64,000 bases of DNA from Candidatus Iainarchaeum sp. GTDB lineage: Archaea > Micrarchaeota > Micrarchaeia > Anstonellales > Bilamarchaeaceae. The position numbers and the translations under genes are program-made. The stretch covers positions 17,194-81,193 of the forward strand of contig JAQUBA010000001.1 of NCBI GenBank assembly GCA_028686985.1. The letters are read 5' to 3'. Below the pieces are notes generated by a model. The model saw only the letters and a list, made by a program, of their open reading frames with translations, had not been told where the DNA came from and made no database searches. Shown piece after piece: positions 33,800-42,018 of the stretch (position 1 is its first letter; each line of letters begins with the position of its first letter).

Positions 33800-34282
33800 A
33801 TGGCGGTTTCTGCAAGGGTTCTGCATCCCAGCCAAGCCACTACGCGTCAGGAGGCAAGGCCCGCTGCAAAAATCATCCCGTTCCAGGGCAGGAGAAGGGA
33901 GCCTCTGGAGGAGCCGATTGCAGGGCGCGCGAACGCGCAGGTAATAGTGCTCCTCCCAACTCTTAATTCGCCTAAGGAGCAGCCATCCGTGCGCCCAAGC
34001 GCCCAGATTATCGCATTCCCTGCCCAGGATGCAAGGCCCATCTCCAAGCCGACGAAATCCCACGAGGCAGAGATTTGCCAGGCCATAAAGATAGAGTCTG
34101 TTCGCGAAGCTAAGGCAAAGGGCCAGTTTACCAGGAAATCCGAAGAAGCCTTGAATATCAATTACCAACTTGCCTGGCTGGTGTGGTTTAGGTATGTAGA
34201 GATAATGCTCTCCATGGGCATAAGGGTCAGCGAGTTCCTCAAGCGCGTGGAATTCCACGACCAGATAAAGCGGGGCCGTTGA
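33800..34282 (+). CDS. Hypothetical protein (160 aa) with repeated hydrophobic-II-x-FP motifs
   Basis: Its stop overlaps the ksgA ATG (ATGA). Motifs KIIPFQG, VIVLLPT and QIIAFPAQ occur in the N-terminal half. A competing antisense ORF (33731..34366) has no such coupling. Confidence 0.45.
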   Translation: MAVSARVLHPSQATTRQEARPAAKIIPFQGRRREPLEEPIAGRANAQVIVLLPTLNSPKEQPSVRPSAQIIAFPAQDARPISKPTKSHEAEICQAIKIESVREAKAKGQFTRKSEEALNINYQLAWLVWFRYVEIMLSMGIRVSEFLKRVEFHDQIKRGR

Positions 34283-35016
34283 TGCCAGCAATAAGGAAAA
34301 GCAAGAGGCTCGGCCAGCATTTCCTGAACAGCCCCCATCTTCTTGAGTTTGAGGCGGATGCCGCAAAAATAGAAGGAAAAGATGTAATAGAAATAGGCGG
34401 AGGCGACGGCCGCCTCACTGAAAAACTATTGGAAAAGAATCCCAAAAGGCTCACAGTAATAGAAAAGGATTCCCGATGGGCGCATTTCCTCAGGGAAAGG
34501 TTCGGAAATAAAATCAACCTGATCGAGGGGGATTTCCTTGAATCCGGGGAGGACGCGGACGTAATCGTGGGAAACATCCCCTACTACATTTCCTCCCCGA
34601 TCATCTTCTCAATCGCAAAAAAGAAATGCAAGCGCTCCCTGCTCATGGTGCAGCTGGAGTTCGCGGAGCGAATGGTCGCGAAGCCCAAATCCTCAAAGTA
34701 CGGCCGCCTCAGCGTGACATCCCAGCTCCTATTCCATGTGAAGCTGCTGAAGAAGGTAAGCAAGGGCGCGTTCTCGCCCCCTCCGGAAGTGGATTCCGCC
34801 ATAATGCTCCTGGAAAAGAAGGCGGATTCAATAGACCCGTGGGTGGAAAAAATAATCATGGCATTATTCCAGCACAAGAACCAGATGCTTTCCAAGGCAT
34901 TGTCCCACGCGGGCATAATCGCGAAAAATCTCCCTAGGAAAAGGGCGAGGGAACTCTCCCCCGAAGAAATAGTAGATATTGCTGAATCAATCAGGCCCGC
35001 AGCTTCTCTTCCATAG
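34279..35016 (+). CDS. ksgA: 16S rRNA (adenine-N6,N6)-dimethyltransferase KsgA/Dim1
   Basis: LGQHFL, the SAM motif VIEIGGGDGRLT, and GNIPYYISSPI. Confidence 0.9.
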   Translation: MMPAIRKSKRLGQHFLNSPHLLEFEADAAKIEGKDVIEIGGGDGRLTEKLLEKNPKRLTVIEKDSRWAHFLRERFGNKINLIEGDFLESGEDADVIVGNIPYYISSPIIFSIAKKKCKRSLLMVQLEFAERMVAKPKSSKYGRLSVTSQLLFHVKLLKKVSKGAFSPPPEVDSAIMLLEKKADSIDPWVEKIIMALFQHKNQMLSKALSHAGIIAKNLPRKRARELSPEEIVDIAESIRPAASLP

Positions 35017-35326
35017 TGAAGTTCTCGTCCCCTTCCACGGTGAGCTTCACCACGTTCTCGGAGAGCGGATAAACGAATTCCAATTTCTCGCCTGGCTTGA
35101 CGTTCTCGCGCACTATGACCATCGGCTCGCCGTCCACCATGTCCTCTATCGTAGCGCGGGCAATGGGTATGAACGTCTGCACAATGACCCTGCTCTTGCC
35201 CTCATGCGCGACCTTCTCCAGCCGCACCTGGGAGCGGAACCTCCTGAAGAACAGGAACAGAAGGAGAATCCCCACTATGAGCGCAAGGAATACGAACGCA
35301 CCTATGAGTATCAGGCCGATGTCCAT
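34991..35326 (-). CDS. Small membrane-anchored hypothetical protein (111 aa)
   Basis: N-terminal TM (LILIGAFVFLALIVGILLLFLFF) followed by a beta-rich domain. TGATG coupling to the upstream PIN gene. Its 3' end overlaps the ksgA 3' end by 26 nt. Confidence 0.5.
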   Translation of the reverse strand: MDIGLILIGAFVFLALIVGILLLFLFFRRFRSQVRLEKVAHEGKSRVIVQTFIPIARATIEDMVDGEPMVIVRENVKPGEKLEFVYPLSENVVKLTVEGDENFTMEEKLRA

Positions 35327-35703
35327 CAGACCACACCGAGCCGCGCGCGGGAGCGCAGCGCAATCATCTTCACACCCGCCTTTTTTAACCTATTCCTGAG
35401 CAGCATGTCGTTTGTCGCCACTACCGCCCCTTCCTTTGCCGCATATTCCACAATCCAGTCGTCCACGTTCCCGGTGCTCGGCACATGCCTCGCCTTTATG
35501 GAATCAAGCAGCTTCAGCGCGAACCTCGCAGCAGAGCCGTCCCTCCCCCTTCCGCGCGCAATTACCTTCAGCTCGCCCACAACTCCGCTTGGGACTACGA
35601 ATTCATGGGGCGCCTCCATGAGCCCCTCCACCTGCTTGAATATATTCACCCCGAACTGTAAGGGGAGGAGAAGGAAATTCGTGTCAAGCACCACCTGCCT
35701 CAA
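35326..35703 (-). CDS. PIN-domain protein, Fcf1/Utp24-like
   Basis: VVLDTNFLL...VVATNDMLLRNRLKKAGVKMIAL, with acidic residues at PIN positions. Confidence 0.65.
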   Translation of the reverse strand: MRQVVLDTNFLLLPLQFGVNIFKQVEGLMEAPHEFVVPSGVVGELKVIARGRGRDGSAARFALKLLDSIKARHVPSTGNVDDWIVEYAAKEGAVVATNDMLLRNRLKKAGVKMIALRSRARLGVV

Positions 35704-37010
35704 GATAGAATCTCCCCTATTATCTTCTCAGCGTCAAACATCTCTATGTCCGAGTAGCCCTGCCCCGTGCCGACGTATATTATCGGGACGCCCGTCATTT
35801 TAGTAATGGAAACCACGGTCCCGCCCTTCGGGTCGCAGTCCAGCTTCGTGAGCACCACGCCATCCAGCCCTATCTCCTTGTTGAACGCCCTCGCCTGCTC
35901 CGCAATCGCGTTCCCGGCTATGCTCTCGCCCACGTAGATCTTCATGTCCGGCGCAATCACCCGGTTCATTTTCCTGAGCTGGTTTATGAGGTTTATGTTC
36001 GTGTCCTGCCTGCCCGCGGTGTCTATGAGCACTACATCTATCTTGTGCGCCTTTGCATATTCCACTGCGTCAAACGCGAGCGCGGTCGGGTCCGAGCCGT
36101 AGGCCCCGGATATGACCTTCACACCCAATTTGTCCCCGTGGTGGATGAGCTGCTCCGCGGCCGCGGCCCTGAACGTGTCCGCTGCCGCAATCGCCACGGT
36201 GAATCCCGCGTCCTGCAGCATTTTCGTGATTTTCGCTATCGTGGTGGTCTTGCCCGCCCCGTTCGGCCCGAGCACCATCATCTTCACGGGCTTCGGCAAG
36301 CCGCGCACCCTTTCTATGATTGAAAACGCTTTCGGGCTCTTCACCAGCGAAACCAGCACCCCCCTCAGCTGCTCCCGTATGAATTCAGCCGTCTTTCCCT
36401 TCGGGACCTTCGCGCCCACCACCCTTCTCTTCAATTCCTCTTTTATGGAATCCGCGACCTCCAGCGCAACGTCGCTCTCCAGCAGCCCCAGCTCCAATTC
36501 TTCCAGCAGCTCCCCAATCTCCCCCTCCCTTATTTCGGCCGTGCCGGAAACCGTTTCCCGCACCGCCTCAAAAATGCCTTTCCTCACCTTTTTCTCCAGC
36601 TTTTCCGTCTCCTTTACCGCAACCTGCCCCACTTCAAGATCGGGCTTCCTTCTCTGCTCAGGAGGCTTCTCCACCACCGGCGGCTTGGGCCCTTCCCGCG
36701 CCTTCTCCACTTTTTCTGGTGCCGTTTTTTTTGTTTCAACAACGGCAGTAGGCTTCGGCACCTCCCTTGCCACCGGCTTCTTCTCATGTTTCTGTTTCTC
36801 AGCAGCAACAGCAGGTTCCGGCTTCTCAACAGATTTAGGTTTCTCAGCCTTTTCCAAAATAACCGGTGCGGGCTTCCGCCCCTCCTTGATTTCCGGGGCT
36901 TCCCGCCCCTCAAAAACAGGCTCCGGCCCCTTCGCCGGCTCTTCCTTCTCCTTCCTGCCGGTTATCTTTCCGACAAAACCCGAAATGCTTCTCTTGAGCA
37001 GGTCAAACAC
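35700..37010 (-). CDS. ftsY: Signal recognition particle receptor FtsY with a long K/E/P-rich N-terminal region
   Basis: NG domain: GPNGAGKTTT, DTAGR and TKLD. The first ~140 aa are low complexity. Confidence 0.9.
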   Translation of the reverse strand: MFDLLKRSISGFVGKITGRKEKEEPAKGPEPVFEGREAPEIKEGRKPAPVILEKAEKPKSVEKPEPAVAAEKQKHEKKPVAREVPKPTAVVETKKTAPEKVEKAREGPKPPVVEKPPEQRRKPDLEVGQVAVKETEKLEKKVRKGIFEAVRETVSGTAEIREGEIGELLEELELGLLESDVALEVADSIKEELKRRVVGAKVPKGKTAEFIREQLRGVLVSLVKSPKAFSIIERVRGLPKPVKMMVLGPNGAGKTTTIAKITKMLQDAGFTVAIAAADTFRAAAAEQLIHHGDKLGVKVISGAYGSDPTALAFDAVEYAKAHKIDVVLIDTAGRQDTNINLINQLRKMNRVIAPDMKIYVGESIAGNAIAEQARAFNKEIGLDGVVLTKLDCDPKGGTVVSITKMTGVPIIYVGTGQGYSDIEMFDAEKIIGEILS

Positions 37011-37433
37011 TCAGGACCCCCCACCTTCTTCTTCGGAGTGGGAATGCCCGGCATGGCCGTGCTTTGAATAGAGCTGCTCCAGCTTCATGAACTCGTCATC
37101 CATCTTCTTCAGCTCGCTGCGGAGGCTCTGCACCGCCTTCTCCGTCATCTTTATCCTCTTGTCTATCTCGGCCTTCGCCGCCTCCACGCCGAATTCGGTT
37201 ATGTAGCCGGCGCCTATGGGCACCAGCACGTTGTCCGGATCCAGCCTCGCCCTTATGAAGGCTCCGCCGCCTATGGGCACCAGCCCGGTCTCGTCCTTCA
37301 TGCTCTGTATCGTGGTGAGCGAGTTGTTCAGGTCCATCATGGAGAGCATCATCCTCTCTATCTCCCTCTCCACGTAGTTCCTCTGCTGCCCGACCATCCT
37401 TGCGCGCGCCACTATCTCTTCCCGTTCCATCAT
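37011..37433 (-). CDS. pfdA: Prefoldin alpha subunit
   Basis: Coiled coil, beta hairpins (LVPIGGGAFIRARL...VLVPIGAGY), coiled coil. His/Glu-rich tail. Confidence 0.8.
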   Translation of the reverse strand: MMEREEIVARARMVGQQRNYVEREIERMMLSMMDLNNSLTTIQSMKDETGLVPIGGGAFIRARLDPDNVLVPIGAGYITEFGVEAAKAEIDKRIKMTEKAVQSLRSELKKMDDEFMKLEQLYSKHGHAGHSHSEEEGGGS

Positions 37434-37606
37434 GCCACCTTCTCAACCTTCTCAATGCTTATCTTGCTGCGCGGCACGCCGTTCGCGGCGCCCAGGAGCA
37501 TATATGTCTTCTCAACCGCATAGTTCTCGGTCTCGGCTTCAAGCTCCTTGCCGAACTTCCTGGTTTCCCGCCCAACCCTCATGGTCCCGCTTATCTTAAA
37601 TCTCAT
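37430..37606 (-). CDS. rplX: Ribosomal protein LX (L18Ae/eL20 family)
   Basis: MRFKISGTMRVGRETRKFGKELEAETENYAVEKTYMLLG pattern, in its conserved position between aIF6 and prefoldin. ATG 37606 is preceded by GGTGG; the track ORF extends to 37627. Confidence 0.65.
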   Translation of the reverse strand: MRFKISGTMRVGRETRKFGKELEAETENYAVEKTYMLLGAANGVPRSKISIEKVEKVA

Positions 37607-37631
37607 AATTCCACCTTTTTTATCCATCAGT

Positions 37632-37952
37632 TCACCCTATCCTACTCCCTTCCTTCATTTCCCTGTCGAGCGTGAGCAGCACGACGTTGCCTTCGTCCCA
37701 CGCAGCAAGCAGCATTCCCTGCGATTCCAGCCCCTTTATTTTCCTAGCCTCAAGGTTCGCGAGCACCACTATCTGCTTCCCCACAACCTCATCCGGGGCA
37801 TAGTGCTTCCCTATCCCGGCGACAAGCTGCCTTTTTTCCACGCCCAAATCCACCTCCAGCCTCAGGAGCTTGTCCGAGCCCTCCACCCTTTCCGCGGAGA
37901 GCACCCTGGCGGCGCGCAGGTCCAGCTTCTCAAATTCTTCGTACGCAACCAT
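37632..37952 (-). CDS. tRNA-binding domain protein (Trbp111/CsaA/EMAP-type OB fold)
   Basis: FEKLDLRAARVLSAERVEGSDKLLRLEVDLGVEKRQLVAGIGKHY...VVLANLEARKIKGLESQGMLLAA. Only the C-terminal 106 aa of track ORF 37632..38234. Confidence 0.8.
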   Translation of the reverse strand: MVAYEEFEKLDLRAARVLSAERVEGSDKLLRLEVDLGVEKRQLVAGIGKHYAPDEVVGKQIVVLANLEARKIKGLESQGMLLAAWDEGNVVLLTLDREMKEGSRIG

Positions 37953-37956
37953 CGCA

Positions 37957-38631
37957 TCACCCCAGGAACCCGAGCGCGTCCTCCACGCGCCCCATCTCGT
38001 ACGCGGTCGTGGTCTCCCCCACGACGTATCCCTTGTCGTTGGCGAGCATGCACACCGCCACGAACCCGGTCCCGGTGTTCGCCGAGCCCTTCGCCCCGCC
38101 GACCTTGAATATCCCTTCCAATTGCTCCATTTCGTCCTCGCTCGTCGCATAATGCGCGAGGAAGCCCTTGTTGTTCGCCACGCACAGCGCGCCCACGGCC
38201 TTGTACCTGCCGATTCCCATCGGCACCAGCTCAACGCCGAGGCAGTCTTCCATCTCCTTCCTCTCCCTTGCCCCTATTATTTCGCTTATGATTCCGCCCT
38301 TGTCATTCACCGCGACGTTGTTCCTGTGCGCATTCCATCTCTCAGCGCTTACGAGCACTTCCAGCCCCGTGGCCTCGCGCACAGCCTTCGCGGCGCCCCC
38401 GTCAAATTTCGGGAGCACTATCCCGCGCGAGTTCATCACGCAGTATATCCCGTCCAGGTTGGTGCCGCTCACGTTGCACATGACCGCTTCCGTCCCTAGC
38501 GCCGCGCACGCCTTCTCCACGAACTTCCCGGATGCGTCCTCAGGGATTAGGGTGTGCTTGTTGTTGGTAGAGGCGAATATCCCGAGGAACGGGTTGCCGT
38601 GGTACGTTGCCTTCCGTGCTTCGGATGCCAT
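37957..38631 (-). CDS. eif6: Translation initiation factor aIF6
   Basis: Pentein repeats, including YHGNPFLGIFASTNN, GTNLDGIY and NDKGYVVG. Confidence 0.9.
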   Translation of the reverse strand: MASEARKATYHGNPFLGIFASTNNKHTLIPEDASGKFVEKACAALGTEAVMCNVSGTNLDGIYCVMNSRGIVLPKFDGGAAKAVREATGLEVLVSAERWNAHRNNVAVNDKGGIISEIIGARERKEMEDCLGVELVPMGIGRYKAVGALCVANNKGFLAHYATSEDEMEQLEGIFKVGGAKGSANTGTGFVAVCMLANDKGYVVGETTTAYEMGRVEDALGFLG

Positions 38632-38633
38632 GT

Positions 38634-39095
38634 TCAGCCTTTCTTGACTTCCCCCTTCTTTTCGGGCTTGCCCGGCGCCACCGCGGGCTCCTTTTTCTGT
38701 TCCGCCGGGGCCTCTTTCTTGGGCTCTTCCTTTTTGGCCGCGGGCTCCTCCCCCTCCTTAGGGGCGGCTTCCGGCTTCTTGCCGGCCTCAGGGGCCTTCT
38801 TCCCCCCCTTCTTTTCTTCCTTCACCTCCCCAGCCTTCTCGTCCATGAGGAACGCCAAAACCCTGCCCGCATCCTTCACCGCCCTTATCTTAATCTTTCT
38901 TGGCGGCTTCTGGATGCCCCTGGCCCACACGAGCTCGTTTATGCCCATGCTAACCCTCACGTCATCCTCCCCGGCCTTCATGTGCCTCGCGAGGAACGAG
39001 CGGATCATCTTCACAGCGGTCCGCGCCCTCCTCACCCGGGTGTAGTCGTAAGACTTTCCCAACGGTATAGTGTAAACCCTTTCAAGCTCTGCCAT
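38634..39095 (-). CDS. rpl31e: Ribosomal protein L31e with a ~60-aa K/E/P/A-rich C-terminal extension
   Basis: MAELERVYTIPLGK...VKMIRSFLARHMK...NELVWARGIQKPPRKIKIR core (~90 aa), followed by EVKEEKKGGKKAPEAGKKPEAAPKEGEE... Confidence 0.85.
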   Translation of the reverse strand: MAELERVYTIPLGKSYDYTRVRRARTAVKMIRSFLARHMKAGEDDVRVSMGINELVWARGIQKPPRKIKIRAVKDAGRVLAFLMDEKAGEVKEEKKGGKKAPEAGKKPEAAPKEGEEPAAKKEEPKKEAPAEQKKEPAVAPGKPEKKGEVKKG

Positions 39096-39099
39096 GCCC

Positions 39100-39261
39100 T
39101 CAGTCCTCCTTTATCCTAAGCTTGCCTGTCCGCCATTCCCTCCTCCTGTTGTTGGAGGCGACCTTCCTCTTGGTCCTCACGGTCACGAACACCGGCATGC
39201 GCCTGTTCTGCTTGCACGCCTTCGCGAGCCTTCTCTTCTTAGTTTCGCTCTTTTTTCCCAT
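39100..39261 (-). CDS. rpl39e: Ribosomal protein L39e
   Basis: Hand translation [53 protein letters not shown] (53 aa). Too short for the ORF track. Confidence 0.85.
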   Translation of the reverse strand: MGKKSETKKRRLAKACKQNRRMPVFVTVRTKRKVASNNRRREWRTGKLRIKED

Positions 39262-39273
39262 ATGAACACCTTT

Positions 39274-39564
39274 TCACTTGAATGTTATCTTCGTCTCCCG
39301 TTCCCCGCCGCGCATCGCCCTCAGGAGCGCGAGCACCTGGGCATCGCCCAGTTTTTTGCCCCCCTTCCCCGCGTATGCGAGTATCTGCCTCACGGCCGCC
39401 GCATACAGGTCCGGGTTGGCCATCCGCACGTTCGCCATGCGCTCGCATGCTTCCGGAGTCAGGCACATCCTGAGCGCCGCCTTCAGCTTCGCCTCGGCGC
39501 GCCTGGCCTCAAGGAGTTCAGCCTCCCTGTCCTGCGGGGCCCCTTCCCCTTCCAATCCCACCAT
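39274..39564 (-). CDS. PDCD5/TFAR19-like dsDNA-binding protein (COG2118)
   Basis: LTPEACERMANVRMANPDLYAAAVRQIL pattern, in its conserved position beside rps19e and rpl39e. Confidence 0.7.
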   Translation of the reverse strand: MVGLEGEGAPQDREAELLEARRAEAKLKAALRMCLTPEACERMANVRMANPDLYAAAVRQILAYAGKGGKKLGDAQVLALLRAMRGGERETKITFK

Positions 39565-39593
39565 CTCCGTTTCCCGTTGCCGGTTTCCAGCCC

Positions 39594-40007
39594 TCAGGCC
39601 TTCACCGAACCGGCGGACTTGTCCAGGAGCGCCCTCCCCTTAGGGGTGAGCTTCCTTCCCTTCTGCGCCTTCTGCATCAGGCCCGCCTTCTCCAGCGCCT
39701 GCATGGCCTTCCTTATGGTGGAGCCGCCGGCGGGCACATGGTGTTCCGGCTTCGCGCCGAAGTTCTTCCTTCCGCCATAGTGCCTCCTGAGCCTGTGCAC
39801 GCCAACGCCCTCGTTGACGTATGCCTGCCTAAGCACGGATGCGCACCGCACATACCAGAAGTCCGGGTCCTCCGGGGGCCTCTCCGCATGCGCCCCGCTC
39901 TTCACGAGCCCGACGAACGCCGGCTTGTCTATGCCAATCTCCTTGAGCCTTCCGGCTACCTCCTTCACGAGCCTGTTTGGCTCTACGTCATAAGCCCTAA
40001 CCATCAA
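39594..40007 (-). CDS. rps19e: Ribosomal protein S19e
   Basis: VKSGAHAERPPEDPDFWYVRCASVLR...GGRKNFGAKPEHH...GSTIRKAMQALE. Confidence 0.9.
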   Translation of the reverse strand: MMVRAYDVEPNRLVKEVAGRLKEIGIDKPAFVGLVKSGAHAERPPEDPDFWYVRCASVLRQAYVNEGVGVHRLRRHYGGRKNFGAKPEHHVPAGGSTIRKAMQALEKAGLMQKAQKGRKLTPKGRALLDKSAGSVKA

Positions 40008-40097
40008 TTCACCTTCTGCTTATAGCTTGCAACTCTAATAAGCTGGAATTGTAAGTCAATATATTCTTTGGTTTCCTATTTAAACCTTATTGATTAG

Positions 40098-42017
40098 TCA
40101 GATGAACTCGGATAGCCCCTCTATGGTGGTCACCACCACCTTCCCGTTCTCCATCTTGAGCTCTATCTCCGCCCTGGAGAATGGCTCCATCGCCTCAAGG
40201 AACCCGTCCTTCTCCTCCTCGTTCTCAAACACCAGTATGAGCTTCTTGGCGGTGTTGAAATACTCCGTTGAGACGATGCGCCTGCCCATCTCGAACCCGC
40301 CCCACGCGTCCTTGAACTTCTCCCCAGCCAGCACAAGTGCGTCCCTCATCCTCCTCCTGATCACGTTCTTCTTCGCGTCGCCCCACCCGTGCAGCTGGTA
40401 ATAGTCCCCATACCTCTGGACAACGCCCCTCTCCTCCATCTTCTTCATCAGCCCCTCCACGTCGCCGTCGTACATGTCCATGCCGTCAGTTATGTTCTTC
40501 TTGAAGCTCTGGGTGATCTCCTTGAGGGAGATGGGCACCTCCTTCCACCCATAGCTCTTCTCAACGTCCATCATGGCGTCGGTTATCTGCCCCGGCGAAA
40601 CCTTCAGCCGCGTCGCCTGCTTCTTTCCCATCCTCTCCACGCGCAGGCGGTAGGTCGGCTTCCTCCTCGCGCTCGCCACGACATAAACGCCTGCGACCAG
40701 CAGCACGCCCGGTATGAGCCATTTCGCATACACGTCCAACAGGCTTTCTTCGGTCTGGTTGTAGCTGATTATTGTCACATACTCCAGGTATTTCACGCGG
40801 ATGCTGTTCGCCCCGGAGGTGAGCCGCACCGGCACCGACATCCTCCCGTCGCTTATGGAGAACTCCCTTTCCTCATCCGCGTTCAGGGAGACGGCCGCCT
40901 TCCCGCTCTTCACCGGCATCCCGTCCACCGTCACGTTGAACTCCATCCGCACGTCCCGCACTTCGGAGACGCTGATGTCTATCGCCTTCACGTGCATGTG
41001 CGATGAGCCGAGCGTGCCGGAGCCGTCATACACCCAGAACAGGTAGTCTCCCGGCTCTTCAAACTCAAAAGTGTAGAAGAACGCCTTTTCCGCGCCCACG
41101 TACCCGAGCTCCTCCGCCGCAATCTGCCCACCGTCCTTCTCAAGCGTGTAAAGCACCCTGCCGGTGCTCTGGTTCATCGTGAAATACAGCTCTGCCTTGT
41201 CCCAGGGATAGATCTCCGGGGTTGCCTTCACATCCAGCTTATCGGCCGGAAGGCTGCCCGAGTCCACGAACCCCCTATCCCCTCCCGCGTCGTAAATGAA
41301 CCTGTAATATCCTCCATCGCTCACCGGCACGAATAGCGTCTTCCTCCCCGAGAATCCGCTGAACGGGAAAAGGGCGTCCCCTTCCTGCGCCCACCTGTTC
41401 CTCAATATCTGCCCATTGAGCTCCGCCGCAGCCCCTGGCGTGTCCAAAAAGTCCCCGAGCCGCATCTCCTTTATGACCAGCTTATCGGCGCTTCCGTTCT
41501 CCAGCTGCGCGAGCCAGTAATCCCGCCTCAGCTCGGCCCGGTTCAGCGTGAAATCAGTCTTGCCTATGTAGATTATCCTGTTGCCGCGCGCATGAAGCGT
41601 CGCGAGGTCGTCCAGCACGTACCTGGGCATCGCGCCGTTCACTATCACTATCACGGAGTCCCGCACCGTGCGTATGTCCGCGGGGCCGATGACCTCCACG
41701 TTCATCCCGTACTCCTCAAGCGTGCCCAGCTTCCCGACGAACTCGTCAAACCTGTCCGTGGTCTCATCGTCTATTCCGGTCTCGCTGAGCACGACCACGG
41801 TTGTCTTCGGCTTTTCAGAAAGGGAGATGAGCTCCGCGCTCCCGCTCCCGTTCCCCCCGAAAAGGAAATATGCGTCCGTGCCCGCCCTGCCGCCCTTTAT
41901 CGGCTCTATCCAGCCCGAGGCCGCCTGGGCCTCCTTCTTCGGCACGACGCTCAGCACGACCACTGCCACTAGGAAAAGCACCACTACCCCGACTGCGATT
42001 ACCTTTTTGTTCACCAT
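40098..42017 (-). CDS. Large bitopic membrane protein of unknown function (~639 aa)
   Basis: N-terminal signal-anchor (VIAVGVVVLFLVAVVVLSVV), a ~420-aa external region, a second TM (WLIPGVLLVAGVYVVASA), and a ~190-aa cytoplasmic tail with a winged-helix-like segment (ERGVVQRYGDYYQL). ATG 42017 lies 1 nt after the pheS stop; TTG 42035 is an alternative start. Confidence 0.6.
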   Translation of the reverse strand: MVNKKVIAVGVVVLFLVAVVVLSVVPKKEAQAASGWIEPIKGGRAGTDAYFLFGGNGSGSAELISLSEKPKTTVVVLSETGIDDETTDRFDEFVGKLGTLEEYGMNVEVIGPADIRTVRDSVIVIVNGAMPRYVLDDLATLHARGNRIIYIGKTDFTLNRAELRRDYWLAQLENGSADKLVIKEMRLGDFLDTPGAAAELNGQILRNRWAQEGDALFPFSGFSGRKTLFVPVSDGGYYRFIYDAGGDRGFVDSGSLPADKLDVKATPEIYPWDKAELYFTMNQSTGRVLYTLEKDGGQIAAEELGYVGAEKAFFYTFEFEEPGDYLFWVYDGSGTLGSSHMHVKAIDISVSEVRDVRMEFNVTVDGMPVKSGKAAVSLNADEEREFSISDGRMSVPVRLTSGANSIRVKYLEYVTIISYNQTEESLLDVYAKWLIPGVLLVAGVYVVASARRKPTYRLRVERMGKKQATRLKVSPGQITDAMMDVEKSYGWKEVPISLKEITQSFKKNITDGMDMYDGDVEGLMKKMEERGVVQRYGDYYQLHGWGDAKKNVIRRRMRDALVLAGEKFKDAWGGFEMGRRIVSTEYFNTAKKLILVFENEEEKDGFLEAMEPFSRAEIELKMENGKVVVTTIEGLSEFI

Positions 42018-42018
42018 C

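Noticed and set aside
33731-34366. A 211-aa minus-strand ORF between recJ and ksgA.
   Set aside because: It overlaps the 5' end of ksgA and the 3' end of recJ on the opposite strand and has no motif. The plus-strand 160-aa ORF has an ATGA junction with ksgA and is preferred, though with only moderate confidence.
34991-35016. The 26-nt convergent overlap of ksgA and the small membrane-protein gene, and similar 3'-3' overlaps at 20077..20087 and 45417..45422, considered as antisense regulatory devices.
   Set aside because: Short convergent overlaps are common in compact genomes, and nothing else in the sequence supports a special function.
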